A stretch of DNA of 62,313 bases, the filler included, from Dugesia japonica (Eukaryota), in the NCBI GenBank assembly GCA_001938525.1. It is 6 parts of 6 records of this genome, joined end to end, with 100 filler letters (N's around TTAATTAATTAA, not from the genome) between each part and the next. Parts side by side here need not be neighbours in the genome. Positions count along the whole stretch, not along the records: positions 1 to 16,974 come from MQRL01638578.1; positions 17,075 to 25,550 come from MQRL01578552.1; 4 more parts are not named here. The stretch is one strand, 5' to 3'. The translations under genes and the position numbers were made by a program. A model generated the notes under the pieces. It was not told where the DNA came from, did not search any database, and was given only the letters and a program-made list of their open reading frames with translations. Shown piece by piece: positions 13,280 through 25,650 of the stretch; within the stretch, counting starts at the first letter, position 1; each line of letters opens with the position of its first letter.

Positions 13280-15075
13280 TAATAAGAGAAATGATAATTG
13301 AATAGTACCTTAAAAATCGTTATGCAGAATTAACTCAATTTCTATTGGCTCAAAATTATTAAATAATAATTATTTCTTCATATTCCCCATCTTAAGAAAC
13401 TTTCTAAGTTTTTCCATATTTCTTTCTAATCGCTGTCCATTTTGTCCTTGTTCCGCATACTGTCTTTCGTGAATTTTCTTAGTTATTTGATAGGGTCCTT
13501 TAAATCTGTCTTGACCTTTATTTCTTGTTTCAAACAAATTGGTAGCTTCTAATCTCTTTGTCCTTTTTCTAGTTGCTGTTGTCAATACTTTGGTCTTCTA
13601 ACAAATTCCACAACTACAAACTATTTTATGTATTTGGCTCCACAAATTCTTCGCAATATATTTGTTTCTCAGAAATTCGTACACCTTTTCAACTCCTGCA
13701 TGAAATAATAATTTATGTATTTCTTCGATTGTCTCATGTATTTTGTCATCCGCAATTTCCATTTTCTTGCTTAAATTTGTTTCCTCAGAAATGTTTAATT
13801 GTTCTTCTTTTTCCTTTTCAATTATTTTCAGTATTTTTGTCTTAATCTTCACTTTTTTGGCATGTTCACTTGACATTTGACACTGTACACATACTTTGCA
13901 TCTTGATCTAGATAGCATATTTGCACTACTATGTTGAATTCCTTTTCTTTATTCCAAAACCATGTCTAAACTACTCAGATAATTAATCCATGTTTGGAAT
14001 TGTGAGGTAATTTGTTTTTTCGTCGTCATTATGAAGANNNNNNNNNNNNNNNNNNNNNNNNNNNNNNNNNNNNNNNNNNNNNNNNNNNNNNNNNNNNNNN
14101 NNNNNNNNNNNNNNNNNNNNNNNNNNNNNNNNNNNNNNNNNNNNNNNNNNNNNNNNNNNNNNNNNNNNNNNNNNNNNNNNNNNNNNNNNNNNNNNNNNNN
14201 NNNNNNNNNNNNNNNNNNNNNNNNNNNNNNTTCAATTGAATAAAAACTGGCATATGTATCTAATATAGATTCTTTGTTTATGTCTGGAAAACACAATATT
14301 GGTGCAGTCATTAGAGATTTATTTAGACCCTCAAATATATCGTTTATTTCATCTGTCCATTCTAATTTTTTGTTGCTTGGTCCGGTACTGTTCTAAGATC
14401 CGTGATTTTATTGCTTAGTTTTCTATAAACTTCCTGTAATAATTACAAATTCCTAAAAAAAACTTCACAGCTTTTTGATACAGTTAGGTTTGCCAAATGT
14501 TCTTATTGCTTCTATTTTAGACGGGTCAGTTCTAACACTATCTCTATTGATTATGTGTCCAAGAAATTTGATTTCATGTTGTAGAAACTGACACTTTTCT
14601 GGATTAATTCTTAAACAAGCCCTCATTATTTCCATCAATACTCTGTCAATTACTTCATAGTGTTGATCTTAATTGTTCGTAAATATCAGAATGTCGTCAA
14701 GGTAATCCATTGATTCCGCCTACCACTTTTTTCATCATCTCCTGAAATGTCACTGGTGCCAGTGTGATGTCAAATGGCATTATATTATAACAATATTGTC
14801 CGTGCTTCGTTGAAAATGCTGTTTTTTCTTGATATTCTTTTTTGAGCTCCACCTGATAGTACGCATTTCCAAGTCTTTTGAACTGAAATATTTGGCTCCA
14901 TCTAACTTGTCCAGCATTTCATCGACATTAAGCATTGGAAAGGCTTGTCTTTTNGTTACTGCATTCAATTGTCTGAAATCCAAACATATTCTTATGTCTT
15001 TCCTTTCCTTTTTATAAACGAAAATCAATGAGGTATTCCAAGGAGAGTTGCATTTCCAGATAATATTATTCTCGT
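13280..15075 (-). mobile_element. Ty3/gypsy element C, decayed and internally deleted RT-RNase H-integrase
   Basis: IRICLDFRQLN; MTAPILCFPD..LDTYAS; IHKLLFHAG...CGIC (integrase HHCC); FKGPY; PPT GATGGGGAA at ~13383-13391. Confidence 0.9.
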
Positions 15076-16125
15076 TTTTGCGTTTATTAGCATTGCTCTT
15101 TATCTATCATTCCAACATTGTTTATTTCGTTCAAGAATGGTGCTAATATTTCATTAACATTATTATTATCATGTGTTTTCATTTATATTTTTAATTGTTA
15201 TTATTAGTCATTACTTATTAATTATTTGTCATTTAATTAATTTTATTAATATAGATACTTCTTATTTTATTATGCCCACAGATTGATAATTTTTTTAGCT
15301 AATTTAAATAGGCTTTATAATAGTAGAATGATGAATGGAAAATGTATTATAATCAACTTTGCTACATTTATTTTTTAATGGTAACAAAAAAATATTAAAT
15401 GTTTCTTAATACTTTGTTTTTCTTTANCTCCCTTAATCAAGAACTGGATTATTAAACAAATTAGGTAATACCTCCCAGTACTACTTATTTTTAAAAGGAA
15501 CAAGGTTACATCATTAAACTTTTGAATTATAGACTGTGTTTAGTGTTTACGATTTAATGATTTTTACTATTAAAATTTTTCGTATTTTTAATGCTGTTTT
15601 ACTTATACTTTTTAAAGTTCATTTAACCTTTAGAGATTCTTTATAATTTGGTGTTTTTCCATTTTATTGCTTTGGATAATTTTATTTGTNATTAACGTTT
15701 TAATATAAGAATTTCTTAGCTTATATTTCTGTAACTGTAAATGGTAATTTTATTGAATATTTCTAGCATCGATAGAAAAAGTTATTAGTTTTAATTATTA
15801 TTAAGATTAATAATATTAATATATTATGAAAAAGTAAATAATAAATATTATCAATAATTTTATTAAAATTAGAAATGAATAATAAACTTAATTCTAATTC
15901 CATTTCAATCTCACAAAATTATCTCATTATCAAAAATGAATTCTTGAAATAAACAAAAAAAAACTTTATAAATCTCGTAAGTTCGGAAAAAAATAAAAAC
16001 AAATCTCTGTGTTTATTCGGAATATCCATTTAACACAATTTTCATTTTTTTTAAATATTCACATCTAACTACAATTAGAAAATAAAAATAAACACTCGAT
16101 TGTTTAAAACAATATCTTTATCTGA

Positions 16126-16209
16126 TTAATTTAAAAATTCTGTAGGCAGGGGATCAACAATATTTTCTTTAGTTCCGTGAAGCCAATATGTTTTCTGAAT
16201 ACCTTTACC
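16126..16209 (-). CDS. Terminal exon of a class III nucleotide cyclase, most likely a receptor guanylyl cyclase
   Basis: Phase-0 acceptor ttttttag, then GKGIQKTYWLHGTKENIVDPLPTEFLN*, matching the (K)GKGxxxTYWL cyclase C-terminal motif; minus-strand AATAAA at 16012-16017. Confidence 0.85.
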   Translation of the reverse strand, partial: GKGIQKTYWLHGTKENIVDPLPTEFLN

Positions 16210-16974
16210 CTAAAAATAATAATAAAAAAANNNNNNNNNNNNNNNNNNNNNATTTCTACAGACGCAATAAAATTATCTATTTTTATTTATTTAAATAAAA
16301 TTTTCAAAAAATTAAAAAATTCAATTTAATCAATTGAAAATTTAACCATTTCATATATCAAATAAATATATGATAAACAACCACTTTATTCTAATTGGTT
16401 AATTTAAAAATTAATAATTAATTTAGTAATTAATCTTATATATCAATCAAATTACATAAAATATCTTGTTATAAATGAAATAATCGTTATAGATTTTAGA
16501 TCTCTGAGGATTTATATATAACGATAATATTCCTAATCTCCACTAACTGACTTGAACACTATCCACATACATCAAGTGTATAGAATCTCTACTGAATATT
16601 AATTGAAAATCAATTATAAACATTAATAATTTTTTTAAAAATGTTTTTAATTAATTTTAGTAGATTTAACTATTCAAATTGGTTACCAATTTGATTTAAT
16701 TTGTAAAAAACTGTATTTTACATTTATTAAAAATTTATCTAATAGTTTACTTTATAAATTATTTCATAGACGCTTTAAAATAAATATGAAAACTTTCATC
16801 GATTTTTGCATTGTTTTTTTTGAAATTAATGAATTGTTTCAAAAATATACCGAATATTGACAAATCAATAAGTAATCAATTAAAGTTATTTCAATAATTT
16901 AAATAATTTTATAATTACAAATATTGTGAGAATAATTGTTGGACTTAACCATTGATCGCATTTGAGATTTCATT

Positions 16975-17074
16975 NNNNNNNNNNNNNNNNNNNNNNNNNN
17001 NNNNNNNNNNNNNNNNNNTTAATTAATTAANNNNNNNNNNNNNNNNNNNNNNNNNNNNNNNNNNNNNNNNNNNN
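16975..17074. other. Artificial scaffold spacer N44-TTAATTAATTAA-N44
   Basis: Exactly 44 N + 12 nt + 44 N, identical at five places. Confidence 0.97.
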
Positions 17075-17499
17075 CTTTTAATTGCGATTGCTCACACACA
17101 AATTCTAGCCTTCTTTACATTATGATGAATTCCGTTATGCAAAAAATAATCAAATAATAGCGTTCTCACAAATTATAAAGAAATTCATAACCCATTCATA
17201 GTTCAGCACTGGTTACACTTATGACGCATTAATATTAAAAGGAATAAAGAATAAGTTGTTTGGAGAGCGATGAAATTAAGAGTAATGATCGAATTCATAA
17301 AGAAGTTAGATATTTGGATTGTTTTGCGAAGACATACCATTACAAAACTAACGAGCAAATAGAAAGACAATTCCTGACAGTTTAAAAATTAATAAGTGCT
17401 ACTTTACAAAATATAGTTAAGACAGATTAGGCAGAGATACTTTAAGTGATTGAAATTCTCATTGAATGCAACCAAACAAAAGACAACGGAAATTAACAA

Positions 17500-18290
17500 C
17501 TCTCTGCCATCTCTGAAGAACGTCTCATTTTTTGATTAGAAGAAATCTTCTAATACCTTTTTGACACTACTCTTATCCTTGAAATGGAAGTCTGATGAAG
17601 CAATGTCAGGACTGTATGGTGGATGTGAAAGGAGTTCCAAGCTAAACTCCGTTATCTTATTGTGAGGGATTTTGGCCGCATGTTTGTGGAATTGTCTTCA
17701 TGTAGTATGATTTCTTTTCTATTTAGCAGTGCCGGTCGTTTCTTCGTCAATGCGTGTCTCAAACTATCTAATTGCTGGCAATATATTTCGGCAGTAACTG
17801 TTTGGCCCATATTTACCAATTCATAGTATATGACCTTATGTATGTCCGACCAAACACACAACGGTACTTTCTTTGGGTGCAAACCTAGTGTTTTCTCTGT
17901 GAATTATTTATTATTGAAGTTAACTGGTTAATACAATCTTAATGGCTTAAGTCAGTTCTTAGCTATAAAGAACTTGTGGAGGCTCGTGCGAGTCATTTGT
18001 TATAATATTCATAGCTGACTGGTTAGTGTAACCCTCAATACTTCGTTAATTTCAATGCTAGTGGAACTTGGTCGTTGCTTATCCATTAATTTTTCTTGTC
18101 CGAATTGACATAGAGAATCCATTTCTCATCTCCAGTTACCACACGATCTAAAAATGGACACGATTTCTGTCTGACCAATAATGAAGACGAGTTAGGAATT
18201 CTATGCAAAAAGTTTTATTGAGATAAATTTTACGGACTCTTGTGTGATATTTGCTAAGAATTGGCTTCAACTCACCATTAATTTCATTTG
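17500..18290 (-). mobile_element. mariner transposase relic
   Basis: HPKKVPLCVW, IILHEDN, SHPPYSPDIASSDFH; PFLDRVVTGDEKWI-like stretch near 18120-18160. Confidence 0.9.
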
Positions 18291-18720
18291 AGATTTCATT
18301 GAATTAAAAGCTTCGATCGAAATGTTGTTTTATTTGTTTAATTTTTGTTCGTAGTTATTCAAATTTTTGACAATTGTCATAGTCAGGAATTCACCATTTT
18401 TGATTGTGTTAACTAATATTATAACATTTTAAAAAACTGTTCATATTTTATTGAAAAGTTATTCGATGAATTTATTTAAGTTTATTTTAATAATTATAAT
18501 TATTATAAATTTCATTGCTTTTTGGTTTATTTTCTTTGATTGATATTTCTTTATGTTTCTTCTTTTGAAGTGTAGAAATGTTTCTTGTTCCCAATGTTTT
18601 CCATGTTATATGATGTTATTCTGATGAAATTTTATGTTTATATTGAAAAGGTTTGTAGACTTCACTTTCTTTCTGTTTCAGATATTCTTTAATTCTTGTT
18701 AAATTCTTTCTAATATTAGT
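18290..18720 (-). mobile_element. Penelope-like 3' end with pseudo-LTR
   Basis: 18560-18700 aligns with 32650-32780 of the GIY-YIG element, then a hammerhead and the pLTR arm GATCGAAGCTTTTAATTCAATGAAATCTCAAATG. Confidence 0.8.
18355..18393 (-). ncRNA. Degenerate minimal hammerhead (family 1)
   Basis: Minus strand: AUUC CUGACUA U GAC AAUU GUC AAAA AU UU GAAU; stems I and II intact, three core substitutions. Confidence 0.6.
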
Positions 18721-19163
18721 TAAATCAATCAAAAAGTTATAATCATGAAGAAGACAAACATCTAAAATTCAAAAAACTACCAAAAAAGAAATAATTAGAA
18801 TATGTGAAATTTTTTAATTGATATAAAATTAAACCTGAATTAATTTTTATTATCATTTCATATTGAAATAAATTATAAAGATTTAATTAGTGTCAGATTC
18901 TAAGTCTCATGCGTTAATGATCGATGCTTTTAACAAAGGAATTTCTAGTTTTTTGGAGTTTTATAATCTGTTCTGCTTAATTTTTATTCGTTAAAATCTT
19001 TTATTGTTCTTTACAAATTTAAATTTCGAGTTAGTTTTTAGTTAAATCTTTTTTAAAAGATATTGCACTCATATTGAGGGTAATGGATAAATGATTTCAT
19101 AAATAAGAATGATATCAAAACTTATAAAAATAAAAGAACGTAATTTAAAAAAATATTTATTTG

Positions 19164-19206
19164 TTGCAATTAATTTCTACGAAATAACCGTCATCGACAG
19201 TCAATT
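19164..19206 (-). ncRNA. Degenerate minimal hammerhead (family 2)
   Basis: Minus strand: AUUGA CUGUCGA U GACGG UUAUU UCGUA GAAA UUAA UU GCAA; homologous to 12530-12574. Confidence 0.6.
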
Positions 19207-19904
19207 AAGGATTAACTTCGGTTAACTTCCAAAAAATAAGAAATAAAATAAAACAAAACAACATTTTAATCGAATCATTTAATTTAATGAAATCTCAAAT
19301 GCGATCAATAGTCAAGTCTAATAATTATTCTCGCAATAATTGTAATTGTAAAACACAATTAATGGTTGGCGCCATCAATTTTGGACTTTTTGATTTATTT
19401 AAAGCAATGAAAATTTACAAAATTAAAAATTAATTATTTATTTTAAAATTATTTTTTTATTAATTTTCATTAGTTTCAACTTATTATATTTTCAAATTCT
19501 TTTATATTTAAATGATATTTATATTACACATTGTCCAGTTTTAAATTTTTTAATTCTATTCTTAAACTTTTAAATTGTTTTTTTGAAAATGTTTAACTAT
19601 TTTGTAAATTAAATCATTTTAAATAATTTGCAATCTCAAAAAATTTCCCCATATTATTAATCATTTCTCACGAATTCGTTTAACGAAATTTATCANNNNN
19701 NNNNNNNNNNNNNNNNNNNNNNNNNNNNNNNNNNNNNNNNNNNNNNNNNNNNNNNNNNNNNAAGTGCTAAATGACATTCAAAGATTCAAAATCTTTATAA
19801 TATTAGGTCAAGGAGAAAATTTGGTTTTAATAAAATTTCATTTCGCATTAATGTTTTTATTGTTTTATACAAGTTGATAATTATTCAACAAATAACAATA
19901 CAAA

Positions 19905-20160
19905 ACAATCTTCAGTCGCTTCATTAACTGCTTGTCGACCGACTTCAATTAGACAGCCTAAACGAGGTTGATCTTTCAGAGCTTCATTGCAAGCGTTGAA
20001 CTTTGCAAACTATTTTTCAGCTGTGGATCAGTCAATAGTTCTTTCTCCATATGCGCAACAAACTTTTCGCTCACTTTCGGAAGTATTCATGAAAAATTTT
20101 CATTGAAAATGAAACATTTTTCTTTACTTTCTGGAAGAATTTCCAGACAAATATAAATAG
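19905..20160 (-). mobile_element. mariner transposase N-terminal HTH relic
   Basis: CCAYGERTID*STAEK*FAKFNACNEALKDQPRLG matches the YGExxxxxxTxxKWFxKF..EDxPRSG pattern. Confidence 0.75.
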
Positions 20161-20258
20161 GTATGGACAAGTATAGATAAGTATAAACAAGTATAGACAA
20201 GTATTGACAAGTATAGATAAGTATAGACAAATATAAATAGGTATGGACAAGTATAAAC
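20146..20258. repeat. 10-bp degenerate tandem repeat GTATAGACAA
   Basis: About 11 units. Confidence 0.85.
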
Positions 20259-22106
20259 GATTATACCTTATAATATTCTCAAGAAACTAAACTTTCAAGC
20301 GGAACCAAAATTTTTAAATATCACAAAAAATATATAATCTTTATTAAACTTTATAAGGGGCGATAAACGTTCTCCTTGACCTAATAATAGAAAATTATTA
20401 TAAATAAAATCATTAAAACTAAGACAAATCAAAATGAATTATTAGAATATTCAATAATGATTTAAAAACGAAAATAAGTAAACATTTATTAAATTGGAAA
20501 TGAAAAATTCATTAATTACTTTACTCTAGAAATGTCTTTATTTTACTTTTTTTATCATCAATGCTGTTTTAAGTATTTTATTTATGAAATCATTCGAGAA
20601 AAATTCCCAAATACTGATTTCACACAAATTCGAATTAATTAGGACATATTTAATCTATCACTGTGTTCAATGTGATACCAATTTTTTTAACAGCAATTTT
20701 ATCTATTGAAAACAGTTAAAATAAGTTCGTTTATTTGTGAAAAATTCAATACCGATAATCATCAATTATATATATCAAGTTAACTTCAAACATTAAATGT
20801 CTTAAAATTTTTATATTATTCTACGTTAAAATTTGGGAAATGTTGAAAATCTGATTCGTTATTATTTGCATTAGAAAGAATCTGTTGAATTGTTTTTAAA
20901 TGGTGTTTATTATTATAACTTAACGTTAAAAGGTGTTTTATTTTCTGCGTAATATTATTTTGTTTATGTTTGTAAACCACTATTCTTTTATTAGAATCTT
21001 TGTGAACTACGTTAAGAAACTTGCAAGTTTATCTGTAAAAAGAAATATTGATAAATAAATAATAGTAAAAAAAATGTGAGCTTGACTGATCAAGATTGAC
21101 AATTGATAAAATAATTAGTAAAATTGATGTTGCAGTAAATATCAGGCAATAAACAAGAGTGAGACAAATGAGGAACTTGACTCGGGTGAATAATCAGAAA
21201 GTGTGCCAAATTTGATCAAAATATTGATAAAAAATAATAAGCAACACAATATTTTAGTTAATTTCGTCCAAAGATAAGCAAATCAACGATTTGTATTAAC
21301 AATAACAATGAGAATTAGTAAATCGACACGATGGTGTTTTGTTGTTGTAATTTTACACTTGTAAATGCTCCAGAAATAATTTAGGAAAATATCGCAACCT
21401 AAANAAATGTAGTGCCTCCGCAATAAACGTCAAAAGTGACAAAAATATTCACTACAAAATAAAATCACTCTTAAAATTAAATTTTTAAGCTCTTAACTGG
21501 CTAATTTAATCAATCGTTGAGCAGCAATTTTTATATTTTGTTTTGTTAATATCTAAATATTTAACTTTAATTTATCTACGAGATCATCTACTGTTTACGA
21601 AAGTATTAAAGAATGAATGTATTATCATGGAAGTAAACAACTGCCGAGTGGTATGAACATAAATATGATAAAGAGAACATAAACATGATCATGTAAAAGA
21701 TGGAAAGGTGATAAAGTTAGTAGTATGAATATAATAAACAAGATAAAGTGAAGAGTCTGAACAGAATAAAGTAAATAATATGAACATGAAAATGAGCAAG
21801 TAATACTGAAGAGTGATTAGTGCAAATGTAAATGAACACAATGTAGTGACAATGTCAAATAGGAATACGATCGAGTAATATTGAAAATGAATGACATGAA
21901 CATGAATATGATGGTATTGAGCATAAACATGTAAAAGTAAAGAGTAACAAGGTATGAACTCNATTATAGAAAGAGATATGAATGAGTAAAGAGATGCAGT
22001 TGAGGGCGATTATGATGAATACGGAATAGTAATTGATAAAGTTGATGTATATGATTAATACTAATTGATAAATACGAGATAAAAAATGAGAGGTAATATA
22101 TAAAGT

Positions 22107-22167
22107 TACAAATCACCCTTACTCTTCATCATTTATACCAAATGATGAAGAGTAACGGTGATTTGTA
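22107..22167. repeat. Near-perfect 28-bp-arm hairpin
   Basis: TACAAATCACCCTTACTCTTCATCATTT-ATACC-AAATGATGAAGAGTAACGGTGATTTGTA, one mismatch. Confidence 0.9.
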
Positions 22168-23949
22168 TCTAATGAATGGAACTTGATGAAGTAAATAATG
22201 AGTAGCATTTAATAAGGATGGTCTAAATGGTGGATATTATCTAATGAAGGGGCTATTAATGATGAATTCATCTAGGAGAGATGCTAAAAACGTTATAGGA
22301 TATGACATGAATATTAAAAATGAACAGAACATCCGAAGATATAAAATTTGTTCATAGAGAAGGAGTTTGATTACTGAGATATAGTGAAGAGGAAGTGTAA
22401 AGGGTAGATTCTCATCAATTATTGTGATTATGGTGGTTGGTGGTGGATAATTCTTCATATTAATAACTAATATTAACCAAAATGTTCAATGATATTTTTT
22501 GATAATATGACTTTATTTAGTATTGACTCTGCCTACCTTATATTATTTATCAAGTTGTAAAATATTTAGTATAGAAAATATTATTTTATTGAGTGAATGG
22601 CGTTTACTTAGTTCTATTAGTTTGAATTCATTTATTATTTTTTCATTTTAGTATCTTGAATGATTTATAAATTTTAGTTTAAGTGGTAGTTATTCAATTT
22701 AATTATTAATAACTTACAACTTAAGTTTGAATTTTTGCTAAAGATCATTTGATTTTTAATTTAATTTCATTATTACCTGTAATTTTAACTTAGTTTACAA
22801 TGATTTAGAATCTTTGATAGATATATTTTGTTAAATAGAGTTAAATAAATAGTTATAAGATAGTGATCAAGTGGNNNNNNGGATTTCTCGATACAATATC
22901 GGAATCGAATTCTCTTCCGTGCGTAATTTGCTTAATTTATAGAAACCTTAAATTAGTTTGAAGTAATGATCAATTAAATGGTTCATGCCAAATCTGATGA
23001 TTGTTTCGAGCGATATAAAGTCTGCCGGATATAAAATCTTAGTGATATCATCCAAATATGCTTCATTGTAAATAATCCTCAGAGGTAGTCGCATNAATTT
23101 TCATCGTGGNTGATCGCAGTTACTCACGGTACAAATTTTTCAAAGTAAAGATAAACTAGAATAAATATAATAAACTTATTTTGAAGTAGATGTCAAGAAA
23201 GATAACGAATCAGAGGCGGAGCAGTCGTTAAAAGAGGAAGGTTGGTTCTTCAATACCAACCAAGCAAGCACTGTGAAAAATATCTGAAATTTGTTAGGGC
23301 TCGAGAGGACAGATACTGAACCCCGGTCGATTACTCTTGACCAATTAAACAGAAGGACTTCCTGATCAAGGCTCTGAAAGAATAGCTGGCGACCATGAAG
23401 GATGCCCACGAAAAATAGCTTACATCAATCAAGATCACACAAAGTAAGAGAGCAAAATAATAATAACCCTTCTCATTCACATGACTGAGTTCTTCAGACA
23501 CCTAGCTTAACTGATTCATTACATGAGAACTACCTAACAGAAAGAGCTAGAAAAACAATTGGAGAGGCTCACCGCAAGAATCAAAACAGCTCTACAATAG
23601 ATCCTTTTTCCGTTGGATAATGAATCTGCTAAGTCTATCACGGAAGTATAAACACTAATCACATGTGTGATCGTATATAATTACGCTAATAAAAGTTTAC
23701 TTTAACATTGCACTAGTGTTTTATTATCAGTCATTTTTCAGTGTTATTAAGGAATTTCTGTCATTCATTAATACAGTTAACAATGATAAATAAAATAACT
23801 AAATAGCCATCAATTATAATTATATTGTGTCGATATTAGATTTAACATACATTATTTTGGTTTAGTGTCGACAACTAAGGATGCTACATTAATAACTGAA
23901 TTAAGAAATCAATTTTTTTAGCTTCCATCAATCTATCAAATTAATAATT

Positions 23950-24277
23950 CCGAAGTTTACTGGATAATTTGAATGAATGTATTAAGAAAAATAGACCAGC
24001 ATTGAAGCACGGAAGAAAATTAGTATATCACCATGACAATGCCAATTTCTACTCTAATTTAGTGACTCGACAGAAACTATTAAACCACATTCACCATATT
24101 CATTCGATCTAGATCAATTTGATTTTCATTTATTTGGCTCCATGAAACATTCTTTCGATAACAAAATGTTTTACTCAAATGAAGATATCAATACTCACTT
24201 TACTCAGTTCTTGGCAAATAAGACTAAGAAGTTCTACACTGACAAATTCTTAAAATCATCAGGTAGATAACAGATCA
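23950..24277 (+). mobile_element. mariner transposase C-terminal relic
   Basis: KKNRPAL..VYHHDNA; HSPYSFDLDQFDFHLF. Confidence 0.85.
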
Positions 24278-25550
24278 NNNNNNNNNNNNNNNNNNNNNNN
24301 NNNNNNNNNNNNNNNNNNNNNNNNNNNNNNNNNNNNNNNNNNNNNNNNNNNNNNNNNNNNNNNNNNNNNNNNNNNNNNNNNNNNNNNNNNNNNNNNNNNN
24401 NNNNNNNNNNNNNNNNNNNNNNNNNNNNNNNNNNNNNNNNNNNNNNNNNNNNNNNNNNNNNNNNNNNNNNNNNNNNNNNNNNNNNNNNNNNNNNNNNNNN
24501 NNNNNNNNNAATAGATAAATTTTAAAAATTTAAATAAAGAATCTTTACGGAAAATTTCCTCATCAAATGATTAACTTAAATATAAAAAACAGAAAAATAT
24601 TAATAAAAATTAAATAGTATTTCTTCAAGAAAACAACATTGAATTTAGATTTCATGATCTAAATTTCTAAAATATATCTATATTGTAAAAATTGAAATGT
24701 AGCACAATTTGGGAGATTTCTTCTATTTTATAGACACTGGCTAAAATCAAATTTCTAACGAGACCAACTGTATTTTTTGTTTAAATGAAACTTGTTAATT
24801 AATAAGTGTTTTTAACAAAGATTATCATTGCTTTCAAAATAACATTTTAATTTCTAGGCCGAATTAATTTTAGAAAATCATTTCTAAAGATTAATAGCTG
24901 AAAGTTTAGAACTGTTAAAATTATTAATTATAAGTTGAATANNNNNNNNNNNNNNNNNNNNNNNNNNNNNNNNNNNNNNNNNNNNNNNNNNAAAAAAAAA
25001 GAAAATAATTGTGTGTTGGATTTTACAACTTCAATCAAAAGAAAAATCATAATCCCACTGGGGTGAAAATTATAATACATCACGCGTTGCATTTGTAGAT
25101 TGTCATGAGTATTGGTTATTGTTTGAAAAGAAAAGTTTCTCTACAATTCAACCGCTATTACATGGAATCACAAAAAAAAGCGTTTTTAATTTTTTTTCAA
25201 TTCGCTAAATTTTTGATAAAATTTCAATCATGTTTCAAATGTTTCCCAAATAGCGATATTGTATATTCTTATATGTTTAGCTTTTTTAGATGAGGATTTT
25301 TATTACGTATTAGANNNNNNNNNNNNNNNNNNNNNNNNNNNNNNNNNNNNNNNNNTTTTTTATCAAGCAATAGTATTAATATTTTAAAGTTAAAATATGT
25401 TGATATCTGTTTGAAATTTTAAAAATTTCACTAACGAATTTGGAAAAGATTGTTTGTTTAAATTACTTGAGAAATTATTAAAAAATAAATATCTAATTTC
25501 TATAATACAAATTTAGAGTTCCAAGGTATTTAATTGACTCATTTATTATT

Positions 25551-25650
25551 NNNNNNNNNNNNNNNNNNNNNNNNNNNNNNNNNNNNNNNNNNNNTTAATT
25601 AATTAANNNNNNNNNNNNNNNNNNNNNNNNNNNNNNNNNNNNNNNNNNNN
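25551..25650. other. Artificial scaffold spacer N44-TTAATTAATTAA-N44
   Basis: Same 100-nt spacer. Confidence 0.97.

Noticed and set aside
17019-17030. TTAATTAATTAA as a conserved regulatory motif
   Set aside because: At these five sites it is centred in exactly 44+44 Ns; it is a synthetic linker with stops in all frames
21083-21110. Additional hammerhead (CTGATCA AGATTGACAATT GATA)
   Set aside because: Both core segments are mutated and there is no convincing stem I or III
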